Made by a program: the position numbers and the translations under genes | From: the human T2T-CHM13v2.0 reference genome, Homo sapiens | Direction: 5' to 3' (one strand) | Assembly (NCBI RefSeq): GCF_009914755.1 | Contig: NC_060939.1 | Length of the DNA: 64,000 nucleotides | Shown: piece after piece, positions 1 to 16,670 of the stretch | How positions within the stretch are numbered: position 1 is the first letter of the stretch | Layout: each line of letters starts with the position of its first letter | The notes under the pieces: generated by a model | What the model was told of the DNA's origin: nothing | Database searches by the model: none | What the model saw: only the letters and a program-made list of their open reading frames with translations

Positions 1-99
1 CTACCTTTTCAATGTTGTTTTATTTTTTTCTCTTTATTAATAAAAGAAATATAAGACATAATAATTTATGGTACAATTAACACCTGGGAACCTTTCAGT

Positions 100-1110
100 T
101 TATGGCAACCAACAGGACCATTTCCTTACAGTCCCCTAAATGTTTCCTCAAATCCCTTCTCCCACTCTCCTCAAAGGTCACTAATATCTTGAGCTTCTTG
201 TTTATTGTTCCTTTGCATTTCTTCATAGATTTGCCATCTATGCTTGGACTCTAAAAATATGTTCAACAATTTTGCATATTTTTTCTTTATGTCAAAGGAG
301 TTCTTCACACATTCTTCTGCAACATGCTTTTTTTTGTTCAATGTTATATTTGTAGGATTCACTTATGTTGTCATGTGTAATTGTAAGCCATTAACTGCTT
401 TAAGGCATTTCATTATAAAAATGTACTGTTTATCCATTGAACCATTGATTCACATGTTTTTTTCTAGTTATTTTGTTATTAGAAATAGTGTGGTCGTGAA
501 TCATTTTATATATTTCTCTAGGTATATGTATGCAATAATTTTTCTAGGGTGTATTCCTAGGTGTAAAATTGCTGGATCATTATGTACACACACCTGAAAA
601 TTTATTAGATAATACCAAATTGGCAAATTGGGTTTGGTTTCATTCAAAAGATATTTTACCAATTTACACTGTCACCAGAAATGTGTTGGTGTTGTGGTAG
701 TTCTACATCTTTACTGACCCTTGATACTGCAATTTTTTTTTTTATTTTTTTTTGCTTTTGCCAATCCAGTTGGTATAAAATGTAATCTCATTGGGGATTT
801 AATTTGCATTTGTTTAATTACTAGCGAAGCAGAGAATATTTTTCATGTTTATTGGCTATTTGGGGTTTCTCTTTGTGAAGTGCCTCTTCAGGTTTTTTGC
901 CCATCTTCCCATTGGGTTGCCTACTTTTCCTTTATGTACATATTAGATATAGGCCTTTGTCTGCTATATGTGATGCAAATGTCTTCTTTTTTCTCCTTTT
1001 TGTTGTCTTTTGATAAATAGGCATTGCTTCATTTTAATGCAGTCAAATATATCAACATTTTCTTCTACGGTTTGTGCATTTTGTGTCTTATTTCAGAAAT
1101 CCATCTTATG
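100..1110 (-). mobile_element. Ancient L1M (L1ME-like) 3' region remnant, antisense
   Basis: T-rich degenerate sequence with typical L1M 3'-end motifs (TTTTCTAGGGTGTATTCCTAGGTGTAAAATTGCTGGATCA; GTATAAAATGTAATCTCATTG...ATTTGCATT). Boundaries approximate. Confidence 0.6.
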
Positions 1111-1780
1111 CTAACAACAGATGGTAGCCCTACAGTATTTTGACTTTTTTCTGCAGTTTATGAAGGGAGGAGAAATGAGTAATGACATGTATTAAGACGA
1201 TGGTTGACAACAGTCTAACAGAAGGAGAGTCTGACGATAGTGAGCCCAGTCACTGTTAATTTTAACCATTCAAACACAAAACACTAAAAAAGTTTCTAGA
1301 AATAAATTAGGACAATTTCCAAATATACTTAATTTAGCTTTGATTAAAATTGAGACCAAATTTCCCAAACTTCAGTAGCAGAAATTTGCCATAAGTAATT
1401 TTGAGAATATCAAATGCTGGAGTAACAGGTCACCTTTGTTCATCTAGCTAACAGGGAAGACTACTGATAGTTACAAAAATTTAAATTTTGTCTATTCTTA
1501 TTCTAAATCTTGTCATCAGAAGGTTGGCTTTCTTTTTTTACTAAAAAGGACAAAAACTTTCCTGCAATACTGAGAGGTTTCTTTTAAGTTTCAAGGATGT
1601 TGATTTGTAACATTTAGAATATGAATGGTTGTTAAATGAAAAGCATGTATGAAAATGTGTGTTGAAAATTGTATTTATACACAAACTCTGTAAATTATAA
1701 TGGCAATACAAAGTTATTATTTATTAACCATATACTGATTAACCTGCTTATCATGACTTCACTCATCTAGTTGCATTTAA

Positions 1781-1950
1781 ACAAAACAAAAATTAGCTGA
1801 GCATGGTGGCAGGCACCCCAGCTACTTGGGAGGCTGAGGCAGGAGAATCACTAGAATCCGGGAGGCGGAGGTTGCATTGAGCTGAGATCGTGCCTGGGCA
1901 ACAGAGTGAGACTCCGTCTCAAAAATAAATAAATAAATAAAAATAAACAA
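1781..1950 (+). mobile_element. Alu right arm only (5'-truncated Alu) with (TAAA)n tail
   Basis: AATTAGCTGAGCATGGTGGCAGGC...GGAGGCTGAGGCAGGAGAATC...GAGACTCCGTCTC followed by an A-rich tail. Confidence 0.85.
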
Positions 1951-2349
1951 AATAGATCATAGAGATTCACTCAGAGTCAGGAAAATAGCTAAAGACATAT
2001 CAGCCTCTTCTAAAATGATGTTTTGCTAGTAAGCTAAATAGCTGATTCTAAAAGATTGTAAAATATAATCAGATCTAATTTTTATTCTACAGATTTAAAA
2101 TTGAGGGGTGGACAAAGATACAGCAAACAAATACAAAAGTAGGAGTGACAATATAACAGCACACAAAGTATAGTATACAACAAAAAAGCATTTAGTAGCT
2201 CAAAAAGAACAATTTACTTTGATAAAAGATGTAGCTCACAAGGAAGTTGTGAAAATGCCTGCATAAAAACTTAGCGTTCAATTACGGAAGCAGGGTCTCA
2301 CATATATGTCTTATACATATGGATACAAATACACATATATGTGTGTATA

Positions 2350-3230
2350 TATGTATAAAGGAGTCTGTTACAGTGATTGACCTTACACACTTGTGAGAGC
2401 TGGTTTAGCAGTCTCTTATAAGACTATTGTCTTTATGTCTGATGCTGATCTTGATGTCCACAGGGCGGTCAGTCAAGAGAAGATGGATGTAATTTGAAGG
2501 GGAACAAGAAGAACCTGGAACCTACCAACACAATCTGGAGTTCATGAGGACAGACTTGTTGTAGGACTTTCTCCTTAGCTCAGCTAAAAACGGGGTCCTT
2601 GTCATATGGCCAGGAGAGATTAGGCTCACAGACACTTTGAAGGGTGAGAAAAAAAATGGAATTTACTGGGCAAAAAGGAAAAAACTCAGCAAAGGGAAAG
2701 AGGTTCCTGTTAACAAGCCCCCATATCACAGATTGAATCCCCAGGTTACCACCCTGGAACAGAAAAGGCCAGGATCCTCCTCCCTGCAAACGGCACAAAC
2801 TTCCCGAGGCTCCACCTCAGTGTACACTCCTCCCAGTGTGCAGGCCAGTCAGAGGTTCTCCAGGGACCTCTTTATACTTGGCTGTCTTAGACTGACACCT
2901 GTCAAAACCTGTATCAGTTCCTGTTGCCTCTGACTTTTATGGTATGCATGTCCTACAGAAACTGGAACACTTGACGTTGATGTTGAACATGTACACACCT
3001 AGTGTAGAAGCCAGAGAAACTGAAGGAGGACCCAGGGGAAGGCCTGGGTGTGCCTGCTGTGTGCCTTCTGCCTTACACCACAAAGGTGAGCAAGCAGGTA
3101 GGTGATGGCATGTGTAAGCTACAACAGGGCTGCTGTTCAAACCTGTCCTTCATGTCTTGCACAAGAATCTCTCTTGTGGTGCACCCTAACCATAAATACA
3201 CAGAAAAGGGAATTCAGGGAATATCACATA
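2350..3230. mobile_element. Old ERVL/MaLR-like LTR remnant interrupted by a younger LTR
   Basis: LTR-like composition with terminal AGGGAATTCAGGGAA motif, split at a GACT duplication. Family not determined. Confidence 0.35.
2557..2889 (-). mobile_element. Solo ERV1 LTR, MER61A-like
   Basis: 333 bp with TG...(T)A termini and a perfect 4-bp TSD GACT (2553-2556 / 2890-2893). Minus strand starts TAAGACAGCCAAGTATAAAGAGGTCCCTGGAGAAC, as recalled for MER61A. Confidence 0.7.
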
Positions 3231-3968
3231 TTAATTGATTTTAAATAAAACAAAACTATTTTTGACAAATAAAATCAAGACACAGCTCTTCAAAAATAAC
3301 AATAAAAATTATATGCTTCTGGCAATTGAGACCAAGGAGAAAAAAGAGAAAAATACAAATAGATTATGTTTGAAACGAAAAAGCATGCTTTAAATTATAC
3401 ACTACATCTGTTTTATTAATTCTGAGATTCTAGATTGAGTAGAACAAATTGTGGAAAACCGTAAATGACTAAAATGTACCTAAGACCTATAGATGACAGT
3501 AACAATAGTAGATATTAAAATATTCTCAAAGATTTACTAGCCAAAGAGGATATTGGCTCATATTTGCACGTACATAGAACCCATTGACTTTTAAGGAACA
3601 GATAATTCTTGGCCTATTTAAACTGTTCCATAGGGCAGAGAAATATGGAAATCTATCCAGTTCATTTGTTCATGGCTAGTGTTAGTCTGATATCAAAGTC
3701 TGATAAGTAAAACACAAACTACCCTTTTATAGTTTTACTTATGAATATCCAAGCAAAAAAATCAAAAGTATTGGAAAACTAAATCTAGCAATATATGTGC
3801 ATCACAACCAAGCAGGAGATTTTCAGGAATGCAAGGCTGGTTCAACAGTAGATCATTTAAAATGTAATATAACTAACCAATGACATAAGAAAAATGGAAG
3901 TTTTTTAAATGAAAACTTCTCATTAAATATTCAAGACATTTGATAAAAATTCAATATTCATTACTGTT

Positions 3969-4478
3969 TTAAAAAATCTCAGTAATTAACAAAAAAAAAG
4001 CATGATAATAGGAAATATGAAACTTACTGGGGGAGGAGCCAAGATGGCCGAATAGGAACAGCTCCGGTCTACAGCTCCCAGCGTGAGCGACACAGAAGAC
4101 GGGTGATTTCTGCATTTCCATCTCAGGTACCGGGTTCATCTCACTAGGGAGTGCCAGACAGTGGGCGCAGGCCAGTGGGTGTGCGCACCGTGCGCGAGCC
4201 GAAGCAGGGCGAGGCATTGCCTCACTTGGGAAGCGCAAGGGGTCAGGAGTTCCCTTTCTGAGTCGAAGAAAGGGGTGACGGACGCACCTGGAAAATCGGG
4301 TCACTCCCACCCGAATACTGCGCTTTTCAGACCGGCTTAAAAAACGGTGCACCATGAGACTATATCCCACACCTGGCTCGGAGGGTCCTACGCCCACGGA
4401 ATCTCGCTGATTGCTAGCACAGCAGTCTGAGATCAAACTGCAAGGCGACAGCGAGGCTGGGGGAGGGGCGCCCGCCAT
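3969..4478 (-). CDS. L1 ORF0, stop-loss read-through variant (169 aa vs canonical 71 aa)
   Basis: MAGAPPPASL...RCVRHPFL is ORF0. Codon 72 is CGA (minus strand 4265-4263) instead of TGA, and the frame stays open to 3969. Confidence 0.7.
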   Translation of the reverse strand: MAGAPPPASLSPCSLISDCCASNQRDSVGVGPSEPGVGYSLMVHRFLSRSEKRSIRVGVTRFSRCVRHPFLRLRKGTPDPLRFPSEAMPRPASARARCAHPLACAHCLALPSEMNPVPEMEMQKSPVFCVAHAGSCRPELFLFGHLGSSPSKFHISYYHAFFLLITEIF

Positions 4479-4933
4479 TGCCCAGGCTTGCTTAGGTAAA
4501 CAAAGCAGCCGGGAAGCTCGAACTGGGTGGAGCCCACCACAGCTCAAGGAGGCCTGCCTGCCTCTGTAGGCTCCACCTCTGGGGGCAGGGCACAGACAAA
4601 CAAAAAGACAGCAGTAACCTCTGCAGACTTAAATGTCCCTGTCTGACAGCTTTGAAGAGAGCAGTGGTTCTCCCAGCACACAGCTGGAGATCTGAGAACG
4701 GGCAGACTACCTCCTCAAGTGGGTCCCTGACCCCTGACCCCCGAGCAGCCTAACTGGGAGGCACCCCCCAGCAGGGGCACACTGACACCTCACACGGCAG
4801 GGTATTCCAACAGACCTGCAGCTGAGGGTCCTGTCTGTTAGAAGGAAAACTAACAAACAGAAAGGACATCCACACCAAAAACCCATCTGTACATCACCAT
4901 CATCAAAGACCAAAAGTAGATAAAACCACAAAG
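4029..4933 (+). promoter_or_regulatory. L1 5'UTR internal sense promoter plus antisense promoter; CpG-rich; YY1 site
   Basis: YY1 motif CAAGATGGCCG at 4040-4050 and many retained CpGs; established L1 5'UTR architecture. Confidence 0.85.
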
Positions 4934-5950
4934 ATGGGGAAAAAACAGAACAGAAAAACTGGAAACTCTAAAACGCAGAGCGCCTCTCCTCCTCCAAAGG
5001 AACGCAGTTCCTCACCAGCAACGGAACAAAGCTGGATGGAGAATGACTTTGACGAGCTGAGAGAAGAAGGCTTCAGACGATCAAATTACTCTGAGCTACG
5101 GGAGGACATTCAAACCAAAGGCAAAGAAGTTGAAAACTTTGAAAAAAATTTAGAAGAATGTATAACTAGAATAACCAATACAGAGAAGTGCTTAAAGGAG
5201 CTGATGGAGCTGAAAACCAAGGCTCGAGAACTACGTGAAGAATGCAGAAGCCTCAGGAGCCGATGCGATCAACTGGAAGAAAGGGTATCAGCTATGGAAG
5301 ATGAAATGAATGAAATGAAGCGAGAAGGGAAGTTTAGAGAAAAAAGAATAAAAAGAAATGAGCAAAGCCTCCAAGAAATATGGGACTATGTGAAAAGACC
5401 AAATCTACGTCTGATTGGTGTACCTGAAAGTGATGCGGAGAATGGAACCAAGTTGGAAAACACTCTGCAGGATATTATCCAGGAGAACTTCCCCAATCTA
5501 GCAAGGCAGGCCAACGTTCAGATTCAGGAAATACAGAGAACGCCACAAAGATACTCCTCGAGAAGAGCAACTCCAAGACACATAATTGTCAGATTCACCA
5601 AAGTTGAAATGAAGGAAAAAATGTTAAGGGCAGCCAGAGAGAAAGGTCGGGTTACCCTCAAAGGGAAGCCCATCAGATTAACAGCGGATCTCTCGGCAGA
5701 AACCCTACAAGCCAGAAGAGAGTGGGGGCCAATATTCAACATTCTGAAAGAAAAGAATTTTCAACCCAGAATTTCATATCCAGCCAAACTAAGCTTCATA
5801 AGTGAAGGAGAAATAAAATACTTTACAGACAAGCAAATGCTGAGAGATTTTGTCACCACCAGGCCTGCCCTAAAAGAGCTCCTGAAGGAAGCGCTAAACA
5901 TGGAAAGGAACAACCAGTACCAGCCGCTTCAAAATCATGCCAAAATATAA
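4934..5950 (+). CDS. L1 ORF1p RNA-binding protein (338 aa)
   Basis: MGKKQNRKTG start, coiled coil, REKG, ARR and YPAKLS motifs intact. Confidence 0.97.
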   Translation: MGKKQNRKTGNSKTQSASPPPKERSSSPATEQSWMENDFDELREEGFRRSNYSELREDIQTKGKEVENFEKNLEECITRITNTEKCLKELMELKTKARELREECRSLRSRCDQLEERVSAMEDEMNEMKREGKFREKRIKRNEQSLQEIWDYVKRPNLRLIGVPESDAENGTKLENTLQDIIQENFPNLARQANVQIQEIQRTPQRYSSRRATPRHIIVRFTKVEMKEKMLRAAREKGRVTLKGKPIRLTADLSAETLQARREWGPIFNILKEKNFQPRISYPAKLSFISEGEIKYFTDKQMLRDFVTTRPALKELLKEALNMERNNQYQPLQNHAKI

Positions 5951-5986
5951 AGACCATCGAGACTAGGAAGAAACTGCATCAACTAA

Positions 5987-9841
<3,855 letters not shown>

Positions 9842-10238
9842 ACAATGAGATCACATGGTCACAGGGAGGGGAATATCACACTCTGGGGACTATGGTGGGG
9901 TGGGGGGAGGGGGAGGGGTAGCATTGGGAGATATACCTAATGCTAGATGACGAGTTAGTGGGTGCAGCGCACCAGCATGGCACATGTATACATATGTAAC
10001 TAACCTGCACAATGTGCACATGTACCCTAAAACTTAAAGTATAATTAAAAAAAAAAAAAAAAAGAAACTTACTAAATGACACACAGAGGTATTGCCTTTA
10101 AATAAATAAATCACATTTGTCCTGAACCTGTCATGGTTTCAAGGGTGGGAAATTTATTCTGGTAGGCTTAGACTAATCAGTGTTTACCCTTACATCTGAG
10201 AGTGGTCAGTCTTCCACCAGAAGCCCACAGTTGCATAA

Positions 10239-10545
<307 letters not shown>

Positions 10546-12005
10546 AGAAAGTCAGATATTTAAACGAAAACTTGGTCTATTAGAAAGAAGTTTTAATAGA
10601 TGCCAAGTAGAAAACTAACAATGTTCACCACAATATCAACTAGAAACCCATTTTAAACTATAAAGAAAGTTCATTATAGTGGGCAGATAGAAGATATACA
10701 CACAGAAATAGAGTTTTGCTCGTGATGATCAGTTAGAAAATAGAATAAAAAAAGAGATCTCAACCTAACTTCAAAAATAAATACAAATAAATATCAAATG
10801 CCCAGAAATAAGCTTAATAAGAATTTGGAAGACACAACAGAGAAAATAATGTATCTTAACTTAAAGGACATAAAGAAGATTTGACTAAATGGACAGATGG
10901 ACTGTATTTCTGGTTATGAAAACTCAATATTATAACTTTATCCATATAGCAGGGATGAGATAGAACTTAAAAAAATGATTCTTAACTTCATCTAGCTAAT
11001 ATATGTTTGAAAATAATGAGGGGAGATCTACCAGAAAGTCATTAAAATATATAGCAAGGCAAGGTATTAAAATAACAATTTTACTTCTGGGAAGTTTTTA
11101 TATATAAGAGATCAAAATATTGCAAAAATATTAGAGCCCCACTTTATACATCAAAATATATTCTAGAAAAATTAACGATTTAAATATAAAAATGAAACTG
11201 TAAAAATACTAGAATAAAATATAGGACGAATTTGAATATTCTTGTCATTTTGGGATAGTGCTGGTCTTTCTTAGCACACATAACAAAGTTAGAAACCATA
11301 CAGAAAAAGGTTTCAGAACTGAGTACATAAAATTTTCTAAATCTCTATATTGCAATTAAATAGCATCATCATAAGTTAAAGGATAAATAACTAACTGGAA
11401 AATGACATGCCACATCTGAAAAATAAAAGACTTATATTCATATCTTATAAAGAGCTAAAACAACATAATAAAAACTAAGCATTACATATGAAAAGTAGGC
11501 AGAGGACATAAAAATAAAACATAAAAAATAGCTAATGCATTAAAGATGCTCAACTTCACTGTTAGCCAAAGGAATACATACTAAAACAATATTTTTTAAC
11601 TGTTAGATTGGGAAAAACATTTAATAGATTTCAATTACCCGATATTAAAGAAAATGAGAAAACAGATATTTTAACACACTTTAAATATGCATACTCTAAT
11701 TATTCAACTCTAGGAAGTTATGCTAAGAGATATAGATTCTCAAGGTTGTTCATTGCAGAGTTGTTTTAATGAACAATAATTGGAAACAACCAATTGCCTA
11801 TCAAAAGGAGTTTGTTTAATTTATGGCACATTTGTACAAGGGAATATTACACAGTCATTAGAAAGATGAAGTTTACATTGGCATAGAAGGCTAAACAGCA
11901 AATTTTAAGTGGGAAAAATATCTAGTAAATGTAGTATAACCCTATTTTTCGAGTGAAGAAAAGAATAGATACTTATATATTATTAGATCTACTGAAACAA
12001 ACTCT

Positions 12006-12321
12006 TCTTCTTTTTTCTTTTTTTTTTTTCTTTTTGAGACAGTCTCGCTGTGACACCCAGGCTGGAGTGCAATGGTGCGATCGCGATCTCGGCTCACTGC
12101 AACCTCCGCCTCCTGGGTTCAAGTGATTCTCCTGCCTCAGCCTCCTGAGTATCTGGGATTACAGGCATGCGCCATCATGCCCGGCTAATCTTTGTATTTT
12201 CTGTAGAGACAGGGTTCCACCATGTTGGCCATGCTGGTCTCGAATGCCTGACCTTGGGTGATCCACCCGCCTTGGTCTCCCAAAGTGCTGGGATTACAGG
12301 CGTAAGTCACCATGCCCAGCC
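12006..12321 (-). mobile_element. AluS full-length
   Basis: Dimeric Alu with TSD TACTGAAACAAA(C/T)TCT on both sides. Confidence 0.9.
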
Positions 12322-14109
12322 TACTGAAACAAATTCTGCCGATATTCCAACCTTTTAATAATGGTTATCTCTGACGACAGGGATTATAAGAAATTTTAAC
12401 ATTTTAATTTAAATACTTCTAATTTTTTTCAGTGTAATATGATTTTACACTCATGGGAAAAAGGTTATTTCTTCCTCAGGTGGAAAAGAAAAAAGTGAAG
12501 GAGATATTAACAGACAAAATGGTAATTTGGAGTGAAACAACTTTGAGGAATGTTTTTCAGTATTAGAGAGACCTGTGTTTGTTTTGGTCCTGGGGTGGTG
12601 GGAGAAAGCCAGTGTTGGAAAGAGACTGAGAGTGAAGGGAATGTTGATTGGCCTGGGTTCCAGAGGGGCTGGAATAGAACATTAACATGGGCCAAACGGT
12701 AGGAATAAGGAAAGGAAAAGAGGATAACATATGTAAAACTAAGGCAATTTTTTTAGGAGTAAGGGCATAAAAGGACTTACAGTCAATGAAACCTATGCTT
12801 TCCCAGTGGATTTGGAGAAAAAAGTAATCATCTGAGTGGGAGGGTTGGGACTGTGAGCTGGAGGCATAGAAGAGTATGTGGTTGCTGCTGGGCAAAGAAT
12901 CGGCTCTGAATTATCAAGTATGCTTGTGAGATTCCTGGGCTCCATCCCAGATCTACAGAATCAGTCTCTGAGGGAAGCTGATTTTAGTGCATGCTAAAAT
13001 CTGGAAACTTGGAAATAAAAGGTTAACTAAGAACATGGGGCCACTGCTGATGCTATATCACAATTATCTGCAATAGCGTTAATCAATACATTTATGATTT
13101 TCTTCAGCAACATTTAGCAGCCAGGGAAGAGAAAGTCTGAGAAAAAAAAAATGGATGGTTAGGCATACCCAGAGTTGGGCTTTGGCAACATGGGTGTAGA
13201 AGAAAATCACTGGGTCAATGGAACCTGAGATGCTGGGAAGCGCTTCATTAACGTGGGTAATCATGAGGTAATAATTAGGTGGAAAGGAAGGCTTTGAGGG
13301 ACTGGAATTTAGAATTAGGAGGTGTAGGGGAAGTGAGGTCAGGGTGTGAGAGGCGGTTATACTTATAAACACCAGGCTTCTATCTTGGGATTGCGTGAGT
13401 GTAGGCAAAGATGGTTACCCAAGGCAAAAGTAGATAAACACAGAATAGAATGTTGGGGAGAAGAGAAGATAGGAAGGGGCAGAGCCAAGGGAACTATTAA
13501 TAAAAGAACAGCATATGCCAGCCCTGGAGAATCAGTATGGCAGTGCATCCAGGAAAGCTCATCAGCTTTAGAACCATTGACAGCAGTCACCATACTCATT
13601 CTTTCCTCTGCATGTTGGCAAATGCAGAGTTAGCTCTCAGATGTTCCTATGGTGACAGCAGAAATTTTGGTTCAGTATCTTGCTTACAACTCTATTCTAC
13701 TCTATGGTGTATTCATTCAGACATCTTAGTCACTTAGACTATTAATTCCTTAATAATAGAGATCTGGTTTTGTTTTTTCATTTTTAAATTCCCACTGCTT
13801 AATGCTGTGCCTGACACATGGTACATATTCAATGAAAACTTTTTCTGAGTGAATGAAATTTAAAAGCTTCCTCATGCTTCCAGTTAGAACTTTGGAGTCA
13901 GGGTATTTTGACAAAGGCTCCCTCCCAGATGGAATAAAGGAGGAATACTATTCATTGCTTACCTTCTTAAGATGCTTTTGAACATTTTGTTAGGTGGCTG
14001 GAACATTTTGTTCAGTGAATATTTTGTATGAGTAAGCTATGTTTGATGATGAGCTGTTCGTGGTGATGGAGGTGAGAAGTGTGACTGTCAATTGAAGGTA
14101 GTAAAACAG

Positions 14110-15205
14110 AAATAATAAAGATTCCATCCTCCTCTACCTAAGCATGAAATGTTCCATATCAAACTCTCAGTTCTCTTCAAACTCTCTCCCTAGGGAGCCT
14201 CTTTACTCCAGGCTCCAGTTATCACCACTATGAGCACACAGACATTCCTTCCTCATCTGGACCCATATCACTTCCTAACTTACATCGCTCAGAAGCCTCT
14301 GAGGCTCAGTTTTGCACAAGCAGAATTAATGATCTTCCACTGCACTTCTGGTCCTCTTCCAGGATTTCCTCTCCCAGGGCTCAGCAGCACCTTCCCCAGC
14401 AAGTTAGGAACTCAGGAACCAACTTTTCTCAGTCTCTTTTCCTCATCTCCCACATCTAATCCATGAAATTCTTCCAATTTTAAGATATAAAGAACTCTTG
14501 GATCCCTCCATTTCTCCACTGTCAAACTACCACCCAATTCTGGAATTCTGTAATACCCCCAAATGTATCTGCCTATGACCATTCCAAGCCCCCTCCAATC
14601 CCCTCTCCACCTCACAGCTCGGAGGATCTTTTCAAAACTCTAATCTGATCATGTCGTATTTCTGCTTAAACCACCTTAATGACTTACACTTTTAGCCCTA
14701 ACTACCACTTACAAGGCCTAGTAAGGTCTGACCCTTGCCCACACCTCAGGGCTCATTTTGCATGCTGTACTCCTTCACTCTCTCTGGGGCCAACCACAGT
14801 AAATTTCTCTCATTCTTTGAGAGGCATCATGCTGTCCCCTACCCCTTACCCCCAAAGCCACCAAGGACTTTGTACATGCACTTTCTTCCCCACTTCATGT
14901 AGTTAATCCCATGCTTCTTTCTGATCTCAGTCCACACATGACTTCCTTGGAGAAGCCATCAGAGATCTCTCCAACAAAGTCAAATCCTTTTGCTATATTT
15001 GCTTATGGAAATATGGCCCCCATCTTTGCAGCATACATCTCAGTTGTGATTTTGTATTTATGTGTGTGGGATTATTTCACTTACATCTGTCTGCTTCACT
15101 AGACTCTAGGCTCTGTGAAGGACAAGAACCCTATGTGCTCTTGTTAAGTGCAGTGCTTGGCACATAATGAGTGTGCAGTAAATAGTTGTTAGATGAGTGA
15201 ATGGG
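14110..15205 (+). mobile_element. L2 3' remnant
   Basis: Pyrimidine-rich L2-like body ending GTGCTTGGCACATAATGAGTGTGCAGTAAATAGTTGTTAGATGAGTGAATG. Confidence 0.6.
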
Positions 15206-15971
15206 AAGACCAGAGAACGCTCTTGCATGTTATTAGCTGTAGTCACAGTAAGAAAGTCCTGTTTCTCTGGTCCATCCACTGGGACTTGGTAATGGTGTGG
15301 TCATAGGTAACTCTTCTAGACAATGGTATTTATGATAACTTCATCAGGAATTAAAGCCAAAATGCTGAGGTTTTGTCCTGGTTCTGCAGTAGTGTGGCCT
15401 CAGGCAGGTTATAACTTTTTAAAGTCTAAATTCTAAATGTCACCTACAGATGAGAAGTCTCCTTCTGCCTTTGGCCTCTCACCAGCTGCTTTCTCCATGT
15501 CCTCTCCTCCCTCCCTTTTTGCAAAGCTAGGGGAGGGCCTGATGCAGAGCTGGCTTCCCTGTGGGAGGACTGGAAGGAACCACACAGCATGGATACTAAT
15601 TCCATGAGTCCACATTGGTAATCAGAAACTAGGCCTGCCTTGCTATTTAGAAACTAATGCTATATTCTATTTCTTCAGATAAGCCAGTTTTGAAAAACAA
15701 GGCTTGAATATTTGGCAGGACAAGGAGCTACTCCCAAACACAGTTTCTTGCCAGCAAGGATGTCAATTTATCAAATTGAAAGGGTATAACCTAGGAGCCT
15801 CGGTTAGGTGTACTGGCTCCCTTTCTCGTTTGATTAGAATGACATACACGCTAATTGATCTCTTTCCGGCTCAGTCATCTCCATGCAGTAAAGAATTTCA
15901 AGCTGCTATTGTTTATTTCCTATGTATTATGTCTAAATATTTCATGGTGAATGAAGAAGAGTGACTATTTT

Positions 15972-16029
15972 CAAACTGGAATGCTTCTTCAGAAGAAACC
16001 CAAACTGGAATGTTTCTTCAGAAGAAACT
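15972..16029. repeat. 29-bp tandem duplication with internal palindrome
   Basis: CAAACTGGAATGCTTCTTCAGAAGAAACC / CAAACTGGAATGTTTCTTCAGAAGAAACT. Confidence 0.9.
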
Positions 16030-16319
16030 TCAGAAGTCACCAAAAAGGTGACTCCTCCATCTTTCTGATTCTTGGATCCTAAAGTATCTTCAGCAAGTGA
16101 AGCCCAGTTTCATAACCGAAGAGGTGACTCCATCTGTCCTACAGACTTGCAGTGTGAAGCTTGCAATGGTTTCTCTGTATGTTAATTTCTCCATCTCTAG
16201 GATGGCCTATGTGGTTCTTACTAACCTCAGAGTGGTATCATGAAGCCACTGAAATGATACCAGAAGAAAACAAGAGTGATTAATCTTCTAGGATGATAAA
16301 TCTATATTTTCTTCAAATT

Positions 16320-16670
16320 CTTCATTTTGCATAAAAACCTTTTTCAGAAAAGAATGTTAACATTGGATATATCTACACCTGATTTGACAGTTCCAAACTA
16401 CACCCCAACCACCCACTTCTGAATGAGAAGAAAAAAAAATCAGAAGCCTGCAATTGTGTAACATGAAAATCTTTTCTGGACCAGGGCCCGTCACTGTGAT
16501 TTGGCAACACAACTGGCACATCTCTTTTCTCATCTCTTGAAAAAAACCAACAGAGAAAAAAGTACCTTGAGAATAAAGGTAATGATTAATCTGTCAGGCA
16601 CAAAAGGGATTGTTTTGGGGATTTCGGGTTCTAAGTCGCAGATTCAAACAAATAGCAGCGAACAGGGAAT
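16320..16670 (+). promoter_or_regulatory. AQP9: AQP9 proximal promoter with C/EBP, HNF1, insulin-response and FOXA-like motifs
   Basis: TTGCATAA 16327-16334; ATTGTGTAAC 16453-16462; GGTAATGATTAAT 16578-16590; TGTTTTG 16611-16617; CAAACAAATA 16645-16654. Lies just upstream of exon 1; TSS not precisely determinable. Confidence 0.55.

Noticed and set aside
4479-4547. N-terminal 23 aa of the 192-aa minus-strand ORF in the track
   Set aside because: It starts at a non-ATG codon; the recognised ORF0 ATG is at 4478
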